IMG/VR virus record: IMGVR_UViG_3300042400_000593
Direction: 5' to 3' (one strand)
DNA length: 64,000 bases
Origin: a virus
Taxonomy: Duplodnaviria > Heunggongvirae > Uroviricota > Caudoviricetes
Shown here: one piece after another, positions 18,076 through 26,394 of the stretch
How the letters are laid out: the number at the start of each line of letters is the position of its first letter
How positions within the stretch are numbered: position 1 is the first letter of the stretch
Notes under the pieces: generated by a model
What the model was told of the DNA's origin: nothing
The model's database searches: none
The model's input: only the letters and a program-made list of their open reading frames with translations
Made by a program: the position numbers and the translations under genes

Positions 18076-18288
18076 TTAAGTCCAAACCAATCTTGCTATT
18101 GTAGCTTGCTTTGGATCTTTAAATTGAAATATTATTATGTGAGTAGTGTCTGTTCGTCCACAATGATATTTATAATCAACTTCGTGTACTAAATTGCGTT
18201 CCTTGCACCATTTTGATATTTCAAATGCTCTTTTTACATCCCCTGTAAATGTAGCAAATCCTTCTGCATGTGCGTAATCTGTATTCAT
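18076..18288 (-). CDS. Small hypothetical protein inside the RNA array
   Basis: 70 aa; C-terminal FKDPKQATIARLVW motif shared with the 27700-28805 family. Confidence 0.65.
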   Translation of the reverse strand: MNTDYAHAEGFATFTGDVKRAFEISKWCKERNLVHEVDYKYHCGRTDTTHIIIFQFKDPKQATIARLVWT

Positions 18289-18305
18289 AGTTACCTTATG
18301 TGTTT

Positions 18306-18433
18306 ATCAGAATGCATTTTATTTACCAGTGCGTCTACTCTTTCGCCAAATGCAATATTGCATTGCAGGACTTGCACCTGCACATCGTTAGATACCGGTT
18401 TCCATTAAATTATGATGCAGTTAGCATTCTAAA
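18306..18433 (-). ncRNA. YrlA-like RNA, copy E (permuted tRNA module)
   Basis: AGAATGC-TAA-CTGCATC, T arm GCAGG TGCAAGT CCTGC, closed acceptor AATGCA-atat-TGCATT, Leu-like D arm TGGCGAAAGAGTAGACGCA. Confidence 0.75.
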
Positions 18434-18436
18434 TAT

Positions 18437-18560
18437 AGCAGGATCCGTTTAATATACGCGCTCTAACCGTTAAGCTAACTGTTATTACTAACAGTGTAGG
18501 ATTCGAACCTACATCACGTGCTTCAAATGCAAATTATTTTATGCTGTTTAGATCCTAAAA
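18437..18560 (-). ncRNA. YrlA-like RNA, copy F (permuted tRNA module)
   Basis: AGGATC-TAAA-CAGCATA, T arm GTAGG TTCGAAT CCTAC, closed acceptor ACTGTTA-gtaa-TAACAGT, D arm TAGCTTAACGGTTAGAGC. Confidence 0.8.
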
Positions 18561-18570
18561 CTTTTAAAAC

Positions 18571-18813
18571 TTATTAAAAAGAACCTTGTAAAGTTTTGGT
18601 TTCATCGAGCTGATGCGGTCAACGTTTTACAGACGCCCTTTACTAGTTCCGCCAACATGACTACCATAGTAACTAGAATCAAAGCACTGTAATTGCCTGA
18701 AACTCTCACTCATTACAACTTGCAGTCTATAACTACCCACTGTGCCCCTTCCGGAGAACACGTTGTGCTTGCTTGCGCAAAAGTTTTTTCAGTAGTTGGG
18801 TTCTTTTTAATAA
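18571..18813 (-). ncRNA. Unassigned structured RNA (~240 nt)
   Basis: 15-bp terminal inverted repeat TTATTAAAAAGAACC/GGTTCTTTTTAATAA enclosing several hairpins; no ORF. Confidence 0.45.
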
Positions 18814-18820
18814 ACTTTTT

Positions 18821-18902
18821 AACAGGTTCCACATAGTGTTACAAATATGTACGGAACATCTTTTCCGCACTTCTGCAATGTATTGCTGTAGGAAACCTAA
18901 AA
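18821..18902 (-). ncRNA. Y-RNA-like bulged-stem RNA, copy G
   Basis: AGGTTTCC-TA-CAGCAAT ... GGAACCTG. Confidence 0.6.
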
Positions 18903-18910
18903 AACTATTT

Positions 18911-18970
18911 AACAGAATGTATTTTAGTCATATTCAAAAATGATGTTAAGTTGCTGTTAACATTCTAAAA
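18911..18970 (-). ncRNA. Y-RNA-like bulged-stem RNA, copy H (short)
   Basis: AGAATG-TTAA-CAGCAAC ... CATTCTG. Confidence 0.6.
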
Positions 18971-19032
18971 CTATTGTACTACGTAACTAACTGCTTGTCA
19001 ACACTTTTTTTTTAATTTTTTTAAGGAGTTTT

Positions 19033-19150
19033 AACAGGTTTCACAATTTTGATCAATTACTCTACCAACTGAGCTAATGTTACAAGTAACATGCAGGAAT
19101 CGAACCTGCGACACACTGAGATATTAAATTGTTGCTGTAGGAAACCTATT
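19033..19150 (-). ncRNA. YrlA-like RNA, copy I (permuted tRNA module)
   Basis: AGGTTTCC-TA-CAGCAAC, T arm GCAGG TTCGATT CCTGC, closed acceptor ATGTTAC-tt-GTAACAT, D arm TAGCTCAGTTGGTAGAG. Confidence 0.8.
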
Positions 19151-19159
19151 TTCTTTTTG

Positions 19160-19465
19160 CTAATCTCTTAGGATAGCTAATACTTCATCTTCACGCATAA
19201 TGATAACTTCATCATCATGTAATTTAATAGGCTCTCCAGCGTGCTTTCCGTATAACACTTTATCGCCAATTGCAACTTTTATTTCTCGGAACTGACCATT
19301 ATCCATATGTTTCCCTGTTCCTATTGCTAGTACTGTTCCAATTACAGATTTCTCTTTTGAAACAGGTGCAATTAAAATACCACCTTCCGTTATACTTTCT
19401 GCAGGATCTTGTCTTACAACAATACGATCGTGCAAAGGAATTACGTTTTCTTGTGTTACTGCCAT
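19160..19465 (-). CDS. groES: Co-chaperonin GroES
   Basis: PLHDRIVV, TEGGILI, V+AIG.GK, VAIGDKVLYGK.AG, IMREDEVLAIL. Confidence 0.95.
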   Translation of the reverse strand: MAVTQENVIPLHDRIVVRQDPAESITEGGILIAPVSKEKSVIGTVLAIGTGKHMDNGQFREIKVAIGDKVLYGKHAGEPIKLHDDEVIIMREDEVLAILRD

Positions 19466-19531
19466 GTTGTGTACCTTTGTTGTTTAGTATGTGCATATTA
19501 TACACTAATAAAATTGTTTGTCAAGTGTTTT

Positions 19532-19684
19532 TTATTCTTTTGGATATAACATTTCACCAATAAGTAAACAACCAAACGATAATATTAAGTAATCAATAGG
19601 TGACAACAGGTATCCACTATCATGTATATACATTAATAAAGTTACATAAAACAATATACCTGCTGCTAACCCTTTATTGATCAT
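19532..19684 (-). CDS. Small membrane protein (50 aa)
   Basis: MINKGLAAGILFYVTLLM...YPKE*; read by eye. Confidence 0.5.
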   Translation of the reverse strand: MINKGLAAGILFYVTLLMYIHDSGYLLSPIDYLILSFGCLLIGEMLYPKE

Positions 19685-19791
19685 TTCTTTAACTCATCCA
19701 GTCTTTGTATCTCCTTGAAAGCTGCAACTGTTTTAGTAATTGCAATTCCAAATAAAGTTCCTACTGCTAACGCTATCGGTACTAGTGGCAT
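19681..19791 (-). CDS. Small membrane peptide (36 aa)
   Basis: MPLVPIALAVGTLFGIAIT...; overlapping stop/start coupling on both sides. Confidence 0.5.
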   Translation of the reverse strand: MPLVPIALAVGTLFGIAITKTVAAFKEIQRLDELKK

Positions 19792-20024
19792 TATTTTTCT
19801 CCTTTTAGTAAATTATATAGTATTTCAAATGGATAATATATTCCAAATGCTATAATTAAAAAGAGTGATAGTGGCCAACAAAAGAATCCTATCACAATAA
19901 AGTAGTTGCGAAACGGACTATGCTTAACAACTGGTGCATTTGATAAAATTGTAGCACACCCGGCCCCTAATATTAAGTATGAAATACTTAGCATTCCTAT
20001 CACAATTACATCTGTTGATACCAT
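19791..20024 (-). CDS. Small membrane protein
   Basis: Two TM segments; Y..GA..AT and FWP motifs. Confidence 0.65.
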   Translation of the reverse strand: MVSTDVIVIGMLSISYLILGAGCATILSNAPVVKHSPFRNYFIVIGFFCWPLSLFLIIAFGIYYPFEILYNLLKGEK

Positions 20025-20027
20025 TAC

Positions 20028-20177
20028 TTAACATCTCCACATTACTACTGGCCAAAAGACCATGCGGTGTGTCCATGACACTAAACTTCCAGCATCATCA
20101 CTGTTATCAAATGACAACGTTGCAAAAAGTGCACCTGCTATGTAGTACGCTATTGCTATCATTATTAAAAATTCCAT
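20028..20177 (-). CDS. Small membrane protein (49 aa), paralogue of 19791-20024
   Basis: MEFLIMIAIAYYIAGALFATL...VFWPVVMWRC*. Confidence 0.55.
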   Translation of the reverse strand: MEFLIMIAIAYYIAGALFATLSFDNSDDAGSLVSWTHRMVFWPVVMWRC

Positions 20178-21280
20178 TACATTTCCTCTTGGGCTAAAAA
20201 CCATGTACGTGCTACATATTTAACTCTTGTTATTACATCTTTGATTTCTAGATGGCTAGCAACAAGTGTATCAGTTTCTTCTTTAACAACATCGTCTGCA
20301 ATCCATTTTAAGAATACAGGAGTGCTTTTAGGTTCAATACTGATGTTGTTTACTTTTAAGTATTCTAAACCTTGAGTAAGTCTAGATTCAGTAACTACTG
20401 TATCAGCAAACTCGTTAATGGAGTTAACTTTTTCTACATCAACACTTGCTAGTGTTTTAACTTTAGATGAACTGTGTTTTTCACCTTTAACTTTAAACAT
20501 AAATCGTGATTGTTCATAACCAGGAGTAACACATTTCCAAACAATACCTTCACCTACACCTTCAACACCAAAGTGTTGAGCAATTGGACATTGTTGTTCT
20601 ACTGCAACAGTAAGATCCGCAAGCTTGTTTTGCGCAAGCTCAGGTTCGTTAAAGTTGATATCCATTGTGTATGTTTGGAAGTCATAAATTGTAAATAAAT
20701 TTTCAGGCCATGCTTCGGTATTAAAACCTGCAATTTCTTTAGCATACGCAATAGTATGCTTAAACTCAGTTGGAGTAAAATAAACGCGTTGAACATCTTC
20801 GTCTTCATTTTTACCAGCTGACCATGCAACAATGCCAAAGATAATAAACATTTTAGGAACATTACTAATTCCTACACCTTTTTGAACACCTTGCCCGCAC
20901 CATTCGCCAAAGATAGAATAATGTGTTAAGTTGTAATCAACTTTGTGATGTGCAGCTGAAGTTAATAAGTTAATAAACGTTTCTTTATGTTGTTGTGCAT
21001 ATTTTGCCCAACCATAATTGTCATCATCTATTGTTAAAATACGTTCACGTGATTGCGCCCAAAATTCATTATATTTAGGAAACTCGCAAGCAACGCTAGC
21101 ATTAGTGCCATGTGCCTTAACAGAACCTTCAAACGTTAAAGTTGGCATAGGTGCAAATGGATCAAAGGTTGGTGCACCATTGTCATCTAACCCTTTAAAG
21201 GTAGCACGACTTTTAACTTCTCTAACTACTTGTCTAAATTGATTAATGCTGGGCCATGATTTGTGTACTTGTTTTGACAT
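20177..21280 (-). CDS. RNA ligase 2 (Rnl2 family)
   Basis: Motif I SVKAHGTN, FGEWCG, GEGIVW, FKVKGEKH. Confidence 0.9.
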   Translation of the reverse strand: MSKQVHKSWPSINQFRQVVREVKSRATFKGLDDNGAPTFDPFAPMPTLTFEGSVKAHGTNASVACEFPKYNEFWAQSRERILTIDDDNYGWAKYAQQHKETFINLLTSAAHHKVDYNLTHYSIFGEWCGQGVQKGVGISNVPKMFIIFGIVAWSAGKNEDEDVQRVYFTPTEFKHTIAYAKEIAGFNTEAWPENLFTIYDFQTYTMDINFNEPELAQNKLADLTVAVEQQCPIAQHFGVEGVGEGIVWKCVTPGYEQSRFMFKVKGEKHSSSKVKTLASVDVEKVNSINEFADTVVTESRLTQGLEYLKVNNISIEPKSTPVFLKWIADDVVKEETDTLVASHLEIKDVITRVKYVARTWFLAQEEM

Positions 21281-21337
21281 TGCGTACTCCTGTGTTAGTT
21301 AAATAAAAATATATTATATAATAAGTGTTAGCACTTG

Positions 21338-21559
21338 TCAAACTTTATTAACAAGTAATTGTGCCGCATCACTTTTCCTTAGTGTTAATGAAAACCCACG
21401 TAGCTTAATTTCAATCGGATCTCCTAATGGCGCAACTCTAACTACTTGTACTTCTGTATTACGAGTAAGTCCCATGGCTAGTAGTTGCTTACGAGATGTT
21501 TTGCCTACATATCCAGTAACAACACCAACTTCATTAACCTTTAAGAGATCTAGTGTCAT
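21338..21559 (-). CDS. feoA: Ferrous iron transport protein A
   Basis: QLLAMGLT.NTEV.VVRVAPLGDPIEIKLRGFSLTLRK. Confidence 0.92.
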   Translation of the reverse strand: MTLDLLKVNEVGVVTGYVGKTSRKQLLAMGLTRNTEVQVVRVAPLGDPIEIKLRGFSLTLRKSDAAQLLVNKV

Positions 21560-22203
21560 TAGTGTAATTGTGAAATACGTGTTTCGTTAATGTTAATATG
21601 TTCTAGATTGTCAAAGTATCCAGTCCATGGCAGATAGCTAAAGTTAATAGATTGGCCATCTGAAGTATGTAAATACATTTTAATTTTCCCATGGGAGGTA
21701 CCTTCATCTGGAATAAACTCATAAGTAACATTGTGCGGCTGATTAACTTCGCTAATAAGTTTTTCAGCTTGGTACTTAGTTATGCGCCATGCAGATACAA
21801 TTTTATCATAATATCCCGAAGCTTCTAAAAACGATTCTAATTCAGCTGCTGATTTATAATCTTTAAATACAGCAATTGGTTCAGATGAACCGCAATGTGC
21901 TGATCCAAATGAATTTCCAGTGGACCACTCAACCCATACTACAATCACGTCATCGCCTGCTCTAACATCTAATGTTGTAACGATGTCCGGCATATGATCA
22001 GTAAGTTTTACAGTAGATAACATGTTTATATAAGATTCACTCCACTCACCAAATTCTTCTTCAGACTGATAATGGTTAGTACAAGTTCTGTTAATCTCAA
22101 TACTTAAACCAATATTAACTGGTTTGTCTTCAATTTTATGAATATCATAATCATCTAATGATGGATCAATATATTCTTCGTGTTCGCCTGTGTACGCTGT
22201 CAT
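21559..22203 (-). CDS. Hypothetical protein
   Basis: Acidic 214-aa ORF with GAGG RBS. Confidence 0.7.
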   Translation of the reverse strand: MTAYTGEHEEYIDPSLDDYDIHKIEDKPVNIGLSIEINRTCTNHYQSEEEFGEWSESYINMLSTVKLTDHMPDIVTTLDVRAGDDVIVVWVEWSTGNSFGSAHCGSSEPIAVFKDYKSAAELESFLEASGYYDKIVSAWRITKYQAEKLISEVNQPHNVTYEFIPDEGTSHGKIKMYLHTSDGQSINFSYLPWTGYFDNLEHININETRISQLH

Positions 22204-22421
22204 ACTTGCCTCTCTATAAAATTGTGTTGTGGTATTGAAAACCAATCTTTGCTGCAATAGCATTTTGGATTTATAGTTTGTCCTTGTGTTGGTATCGGCT
22301 GATTTGGCATATAATCAAATGCATCTCCGTACTGGTCTGAAAAACCTAACTCTCTATTAGTAATTGCAACTAAATGTCCTGAAGGACAAAATATAAAAGT
22401 ACTACGAGGAACATATTTCAT
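22200..22421 (-). CDS. Small Cys-containing hypothetical protein
   Basis: CPSGH...CYC; ATGA overlaps. Confidence 0.6.
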   Translation of the reverse strand: MKYVPRSTFIFCPSGHLVAITNRELGFSDQYGDAFDYMPNQPIPTQGQTINPKCYCSKDWFSIPQHNFIERQV

Positions 22422-22864
22422 TCAAGTCTCACAATAACTACATCTCTATCAATTGACCATTCAGAAAGAATTCGCATTATCTTAATTGGATCGCCACCTG
22501 CTAATCCGCAACCTATCATTGGAAATCCAAACTTAGTTTCTTTAGGAAAGTGTTTTCCTATATTATGTAATACATCTTCAAATGCTTGGTAATCAAATGG
22601 GGGACCAAATTTTTGTCCGTAATGATACTGTGTATAAGCATTAACTACTTTACAACAAGGAGTTTCTGCAACAGTGAATGTTCCGAGCTTGGCTTTGTCA
22701 GCCATGTTAGTAGCACGATCAACTTCTGCAACTTGTGGCCATCGTATTGCAAGTTGTTTAGCAATACCTGCGCCCATTGTATTAAAACAATTACAACCAT
22801 GCACAATAACATCAAATCGTTCTTGCAATGCTAGTTGTATTAAATCGCCATTTATTACTCTCAT
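22418..22864 (-). CDS. Macro domain protein (ADP-ribose binding/hydrolase; T4 Tk.4-like)
   Basis: GDL, VHGCNCFNTMGAGIA, NAYTQ, PMIGCGLAGG. Confidence 0.92.
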   Translation of the reverse strand: MRVINGDLIQLALQERFDVIVHGCNCFNTMGAGIAKQLAIRWPQVAEVDRATNMADKAKLGTFTVAETPCCKVVNAYTQYHYGQKFGPPFDYQAFEDVLHNIGKHFPKETKFGFPMIGCGLAGGDPIKIMRILSEWSIDRDVVIVRLE

Positions 22865-23040
22865 AATTCCTCACATACATAAAAAGATTCAGGGGAATCA
22901 ACTTCCCCTTCATTGTCCTCTAAGTAAAAATCATATAAGTCATATTCTAATTCCGGAATATGTTCTTTCTTAGGTTGATGTACTCCTCCTTTACCTAATA
23001 TAGGCGCAGGATTATGTCCTCTTATGTAATGCGCTTTCAT
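22861..23040 (-). CDS. Small acidic-tailed protein (59 aa)
   Basis: MKAHYIRGHNPAPILGKGGVH...EEL*; AAGGAG RBS; ATGA overlap with macro gene. Confidence 0.6.
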   Translation of the reverse strand: MKAHYIRGHNPAPILGKGGVHQPKKEHIPELEYDLYDFYLEDNEGEVDSPESFYVCEEL

Positions 23041-23097
23041 GATAACTCCTTATGTAAATAATATTTTTGCGTATTATATAATGTACTTATAATAAAG

Positions 23098-23775
23098 TCA
23101 AGGTTTAAGTTTGCAATTATTTCCGTGATATCGTTTCATGCCATTAGATTTTCCTAATTTATTGCAATAAGGGCATATAATTATCTCCATCGGCGATGTT
23201 TGAAAAACTTTACCTTTTCTTACAGCACTCATTTTATTGCGAGTCTCTATAGATGGAGATTTGCCTTTATTAGGAGGTATCCTTCCTTTATTTGAATTGC
23301 TGATTTTAGATTTGTGTTCTTCTGATAAAGGTTTTCCTTTTTTAGCTACAGATAATTTAGATTTATACTCTATAGACATGTTTTCTTTAGCTTTACTAAT
23401 TTTACTTCGAGTTTCGGATGTATGAGTTTTTCCTGTATTTGCTATAGCAATTTTAGATTTGTGTTCTTCTGATAAAGGTTTTCCTTTATGCATTACACTA
23501 ACTGCTTTAGCAAATTCTTTTCTAATCCAACCATAACTTTTATTAGTAGCGCGACCAACTGACATCATATGTGCTGCTTTAATTAATTTATGATTATTTG
23601 GATATATCTTTATAAGTACTTGATGTGCTACATAATGAGCTTCAGGTGTTAACTTTACTATATTAGTTGCATGATTAGTACCTCCCATACATTTGGGAAT
23701 GATATGATGCTTTTCTGTATAATCTGCAATCATATCTTTTGCAGTTAATTGTTCGTATATTTTTTGATAATTCAT
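23098..23775 (-). CDS. HNH homing endonuclease with NUMOD3 repeats
   Basis: EKHHIIPKCMGG...N+V.LT.EAHY.AH; repeated KPLSEEHKSKI. Confidence 0.88.
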   Translation of the reverse strand: MNYQKIYEQLTAKDMIADYTEKHHIIPKCMGGTNHATNIVKLTPEAHYVAHQVLIKIYPNNHKLIKAAHMMSVGRATNKSYGWIRKEFAKAVSVMHKGKPLSEEHKSKIAIANTGKTHTSETRSKISKAKENMSIEYKSKLSVAKKGKPLSEEHKSKISNSNKGRIPPNKGKSPSIETRNKMSAVRKGKVFQTSPMEIIICPYCNKLGKSNGMKRYHGNNCKLKP

Positions 23776-24383
23776 TTAAATTCCATTTAAGTATAAAAGG
23801 CTAAAGCCTAAAACATTCAAAGCTCATATTCACTAACGTTCATATTCACTTATCATGTTTTTATTTTATTTCTTTTTTAATAATGAATAATTATGAATGC
23901 TTTTTATATTCATGTAGATTCTTTGTGTCAATATGATACCTAAAACCGGTATCATAAGAAAGGTTTTCATGTGAGTTCCTCTTAGCCTTTTTTTAGATAA
24001 CGGGTATTTTGTTGTGAATTCTGTTGTTTGGCTCTGTCCTTACCATTCCCGCGACTATTTTTAAGAGCACCTCGTATCATTGTGCTCATACAACATTTAA
24101 TGAATTCTGTGAATATAACATTCACAACTAATATCACTATTAGTTAACCTATTCCAACTACACTAACGTTATCAGTCAAAGGACTGTCGTTTTAAGGCAT
24201 CTCTAAGAGGTAGAGTGTAGAGGCCTGACTATAGCAATCAGAACTAGCTACCATCACACATCAGAATGGATTCACTAACGGTATTACGATTGGCCCGTCA
24301 ACCTTAAGCTATAATTTCAACTAGTATACACTCACTGTTTTCAAAAGTCATCTTTCATTTTACCAAACGATAAATATATTACT

Positions 24384-24773
24384 ATGAAAATACATGAATT
24401 ATTAGAAAACCACCATGGCTCGTTAGCACGGGATAACGGTGATGTAATCACAATCGGTGATGCAAGAATTGATATCGATACTAAAGCACAGTTTTCACCA
24501 AGACCACAATCTGTTATTGAATTCTTAGTTCCTAAAGAATTACGCGGACAAGGAATCGGAACACAGTTACTAACAAAAGCTGTAGCAAAGTATCCAATGT
24601 TAGGCGGACAAGTAAGCTCTATAGCATCGTTAAAAGTATTTTGGAATTTAGGGTTTAGAAATCCAAGAATGCCAGAAGCATCGTTTCAAGATCATGCTGA
24701 TAGAATGAATGAATACAGTTCAGTGTTTATGGCACGTACTAACGAACACGGAGTTCCATATGAAAATACATGA
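24384..24773 (+). CDS. GNAT-like acetyltransferase with MKIHELLE leader
   Basis: VPKELRGQGIGTQLL acetyl-CoA motif A, FWNLGF; TAAATA at 24371. Confidence 0.7.
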   Translation: MKIHELLENHHGSLARDNGDVITIGDARIDIDTKAQFSPRPQSVIEFLVPKELRGQGIGTQLLTKAVAKYPMLGGQVSSIASLKVFWNLGFRNPRMPEASFQDHADRMNEYSSVFMARTNEHGVPYENT

Positions 24774-25164
24774 AATAATCTCTGAAGAAATTAAAACAAG
24801 ACTTGATGCCAAATGCTGGAAAGGCAAACATAAAGAAGGTACTAAAGTAAAAGGTGGTACTAGAGTTAACAACTGTGTGCCAAATGAATCAGTAGATGAA
24901 GCAGCAGCATGGCAAAAGAAATCAGGAAAGAACAAAAACGGTGGATTGAATGCTAAAGGTGTTGCTAGTTATCGTAAAGAACATCCTGGAAGTAAATTAC
25001 AAACTGCAGTAACTACTAAACCGAGTAAACTTAAACCTGGAAGTAAAGATGCAAAACGCCGTAAAAGTTTTTGTGCAAGAATGGGCGGTATGGAAGGACC
25101 TATGAAAGACGAAAAAGGCAAACCAACTAGAAAAGCATTAGCATTGAGAAAATGGAATTGCTAA
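24760..25164 (+). CDS. Conserved basic phage protein (DUF6321-like) with MKIHEIISEE leader
   Basis: AAWQKKSGKNKNGGLN...RRKSFCARM...ALRKWNC. Confidence 0.75.
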   Translation: MKIHEIISEEIKTRLDAKCWKGKHKEGTKVKGGTRVNNCVPNESVDEAAAWQKKSGKNKNGGLNAKGVASYRKEHPGSKLQTAVTTKPSKLKPGSKDAKRRKSFCARMGGMEGPMKDEKGKPTRKALALRKWNC

Positions 25165-25173
25165 ATTAAAATT

Positions 25174-26367
25174 ATGAAAATACAAGAAATTATAAGCGAA
25201 GCAATATCAGGTGCTCACTGGATACACGGATTGCACAATGGGTTAAATGATATTTTAGAACAACCGTTAGGACTTACATTTAACTTAGAAACTATAAATG
25301 GATTTAATGCCATTGCAGTATACCTTAAAGATATGTCCGACGGCAGGATATGTAGTTTTTATGAGAAAATGCAACCTAGTGATATTATTTACATGTTAGA
25401 AGAGATAGTAAAGATAGCACATTATGTTATACAGCAGAAATATGCTAAAGTGTGCGCGGATGTAAGTGGAACAAACTTTTCTCATATTCAAATTCTACCT
25501 CAGTCTAATAATCCAGGAGCCCTCGCCTCGGCTGGTTATGACTATGTAACATTCTATGAAACTGATAAGAATGCTTTCCAACATCGAGATATAGATATGC
25601 TAAAAGACTTGTTATATAGTACAGAAGCAATGACTGATGTTAACAGAGGATGGAGTAATGCTGAACAAAAGAATCTATATGTGCCTGTGATAACTGATAT
25701 GTTTCAAATCGAACCTGCATTTAGAAATTTGAAACTAGGTGATTTTAGTTTAGCTGAATTCTTCTTAGACACTAAAAACATAGATACTATGGTTCACGAA
25801 TTAGTACATATTAGACAACACGCACCTCAATCTAGATATAAAACTAAACGAGTATTTGATAAAGATACTAAACAGCACAAATTGGTTACTAAACAAGGCA
25901 CTGAATTTAGAAGTAAAGTAGAGCCAAATCAAGAAAAGTTTTATAATGCAATTAGAGATTTAGATAAGTCGCCTGAAAACTATAAAATATATAGTTCGTC
26001 GTTACAAGAAATACCAGCACATGCGCATGATGCAGCAGTTAGCGTTATACGTCATTTAGATTTTGCATGGGGCGGTTCGGTTGATGAATATGGCAGAGAC
26101 GTGTCACATTTAAAATCTCAAGTAAAAGCACTTAAATTGATTATTGCTAATTTGTCTAATGGACCAACCGCGTTAAAAGATGTTTATGGTCACCCGATTA
26201 AAATTAGAAGATTTGAATATTTCAGTAAGACATTTAATCATCCTAACGATAAAAAGTTATATCCGGTATATAAAAAATTTGTAAAAATAATGAGTCAAGA
26301 ATTAATCAATTATTACAATTATTGGAATGAAAAACTTATTAACCTTAGTAAATCAAATGGTCAATAA
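25174..26367 (+). CDS. HExxH putative metallopeptidase with MKIQEIISE leader
   Basis: MVHELVHIRQ and downstream QEIPAHAHD. Confidence 0.6.
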   Translation: MKIQEIISEAISGAHWIHGLHNGLNDILEQPLGLTFNLETINGFNAIAVYLKDMSDGRICSFYEKMQPSDIIYMLEEIVKIAHYVIQQKYAKVCADVSGTNFSHIQILPQSNNPGALASAGYDYVTFYETDKNAFQHRDIDMLKDLLYSTEAMTDVNRGWSNAEQKNLYVPVITDMFQIEPAFRNLKLGDFSLAEFFLDTKNIDTMVHELVHIRQHAPQSRYKTKRVFDKDTKQHKLVTKQGTEFRSKVEPNQEKFYNAIRDLDKSPENYKIYSSSLQEIPAHAHDAAVSVIRHLDFAWGGSVDEYGRDVSHLKSQVKALKLIIANLSNGPTALKDVYGHPIKIRRFEYFSKTFNHPNDKKLYPVYKKFVKIMSQELINYYNYWNEKLINLSKSNGQ

Positions 26368-26394
26368 AAAAGCTGCCCTAAGGCAGCTTTAGTT

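Noticed and set aside
18612-18640. tRNA-Tyr gene suggested by a CTGTAAA loop
   Set aside because: No acceptor stem, T arm or CCA around it; reported only as part of an unassigned RNA
17915-19150. Possible CRISPR array because of the repeated flanking motifs
   Set aside because: Units are inverted-repeat stems with covarying sequence and variable length, not identical direct repeats with uniform spacers; no cas genes
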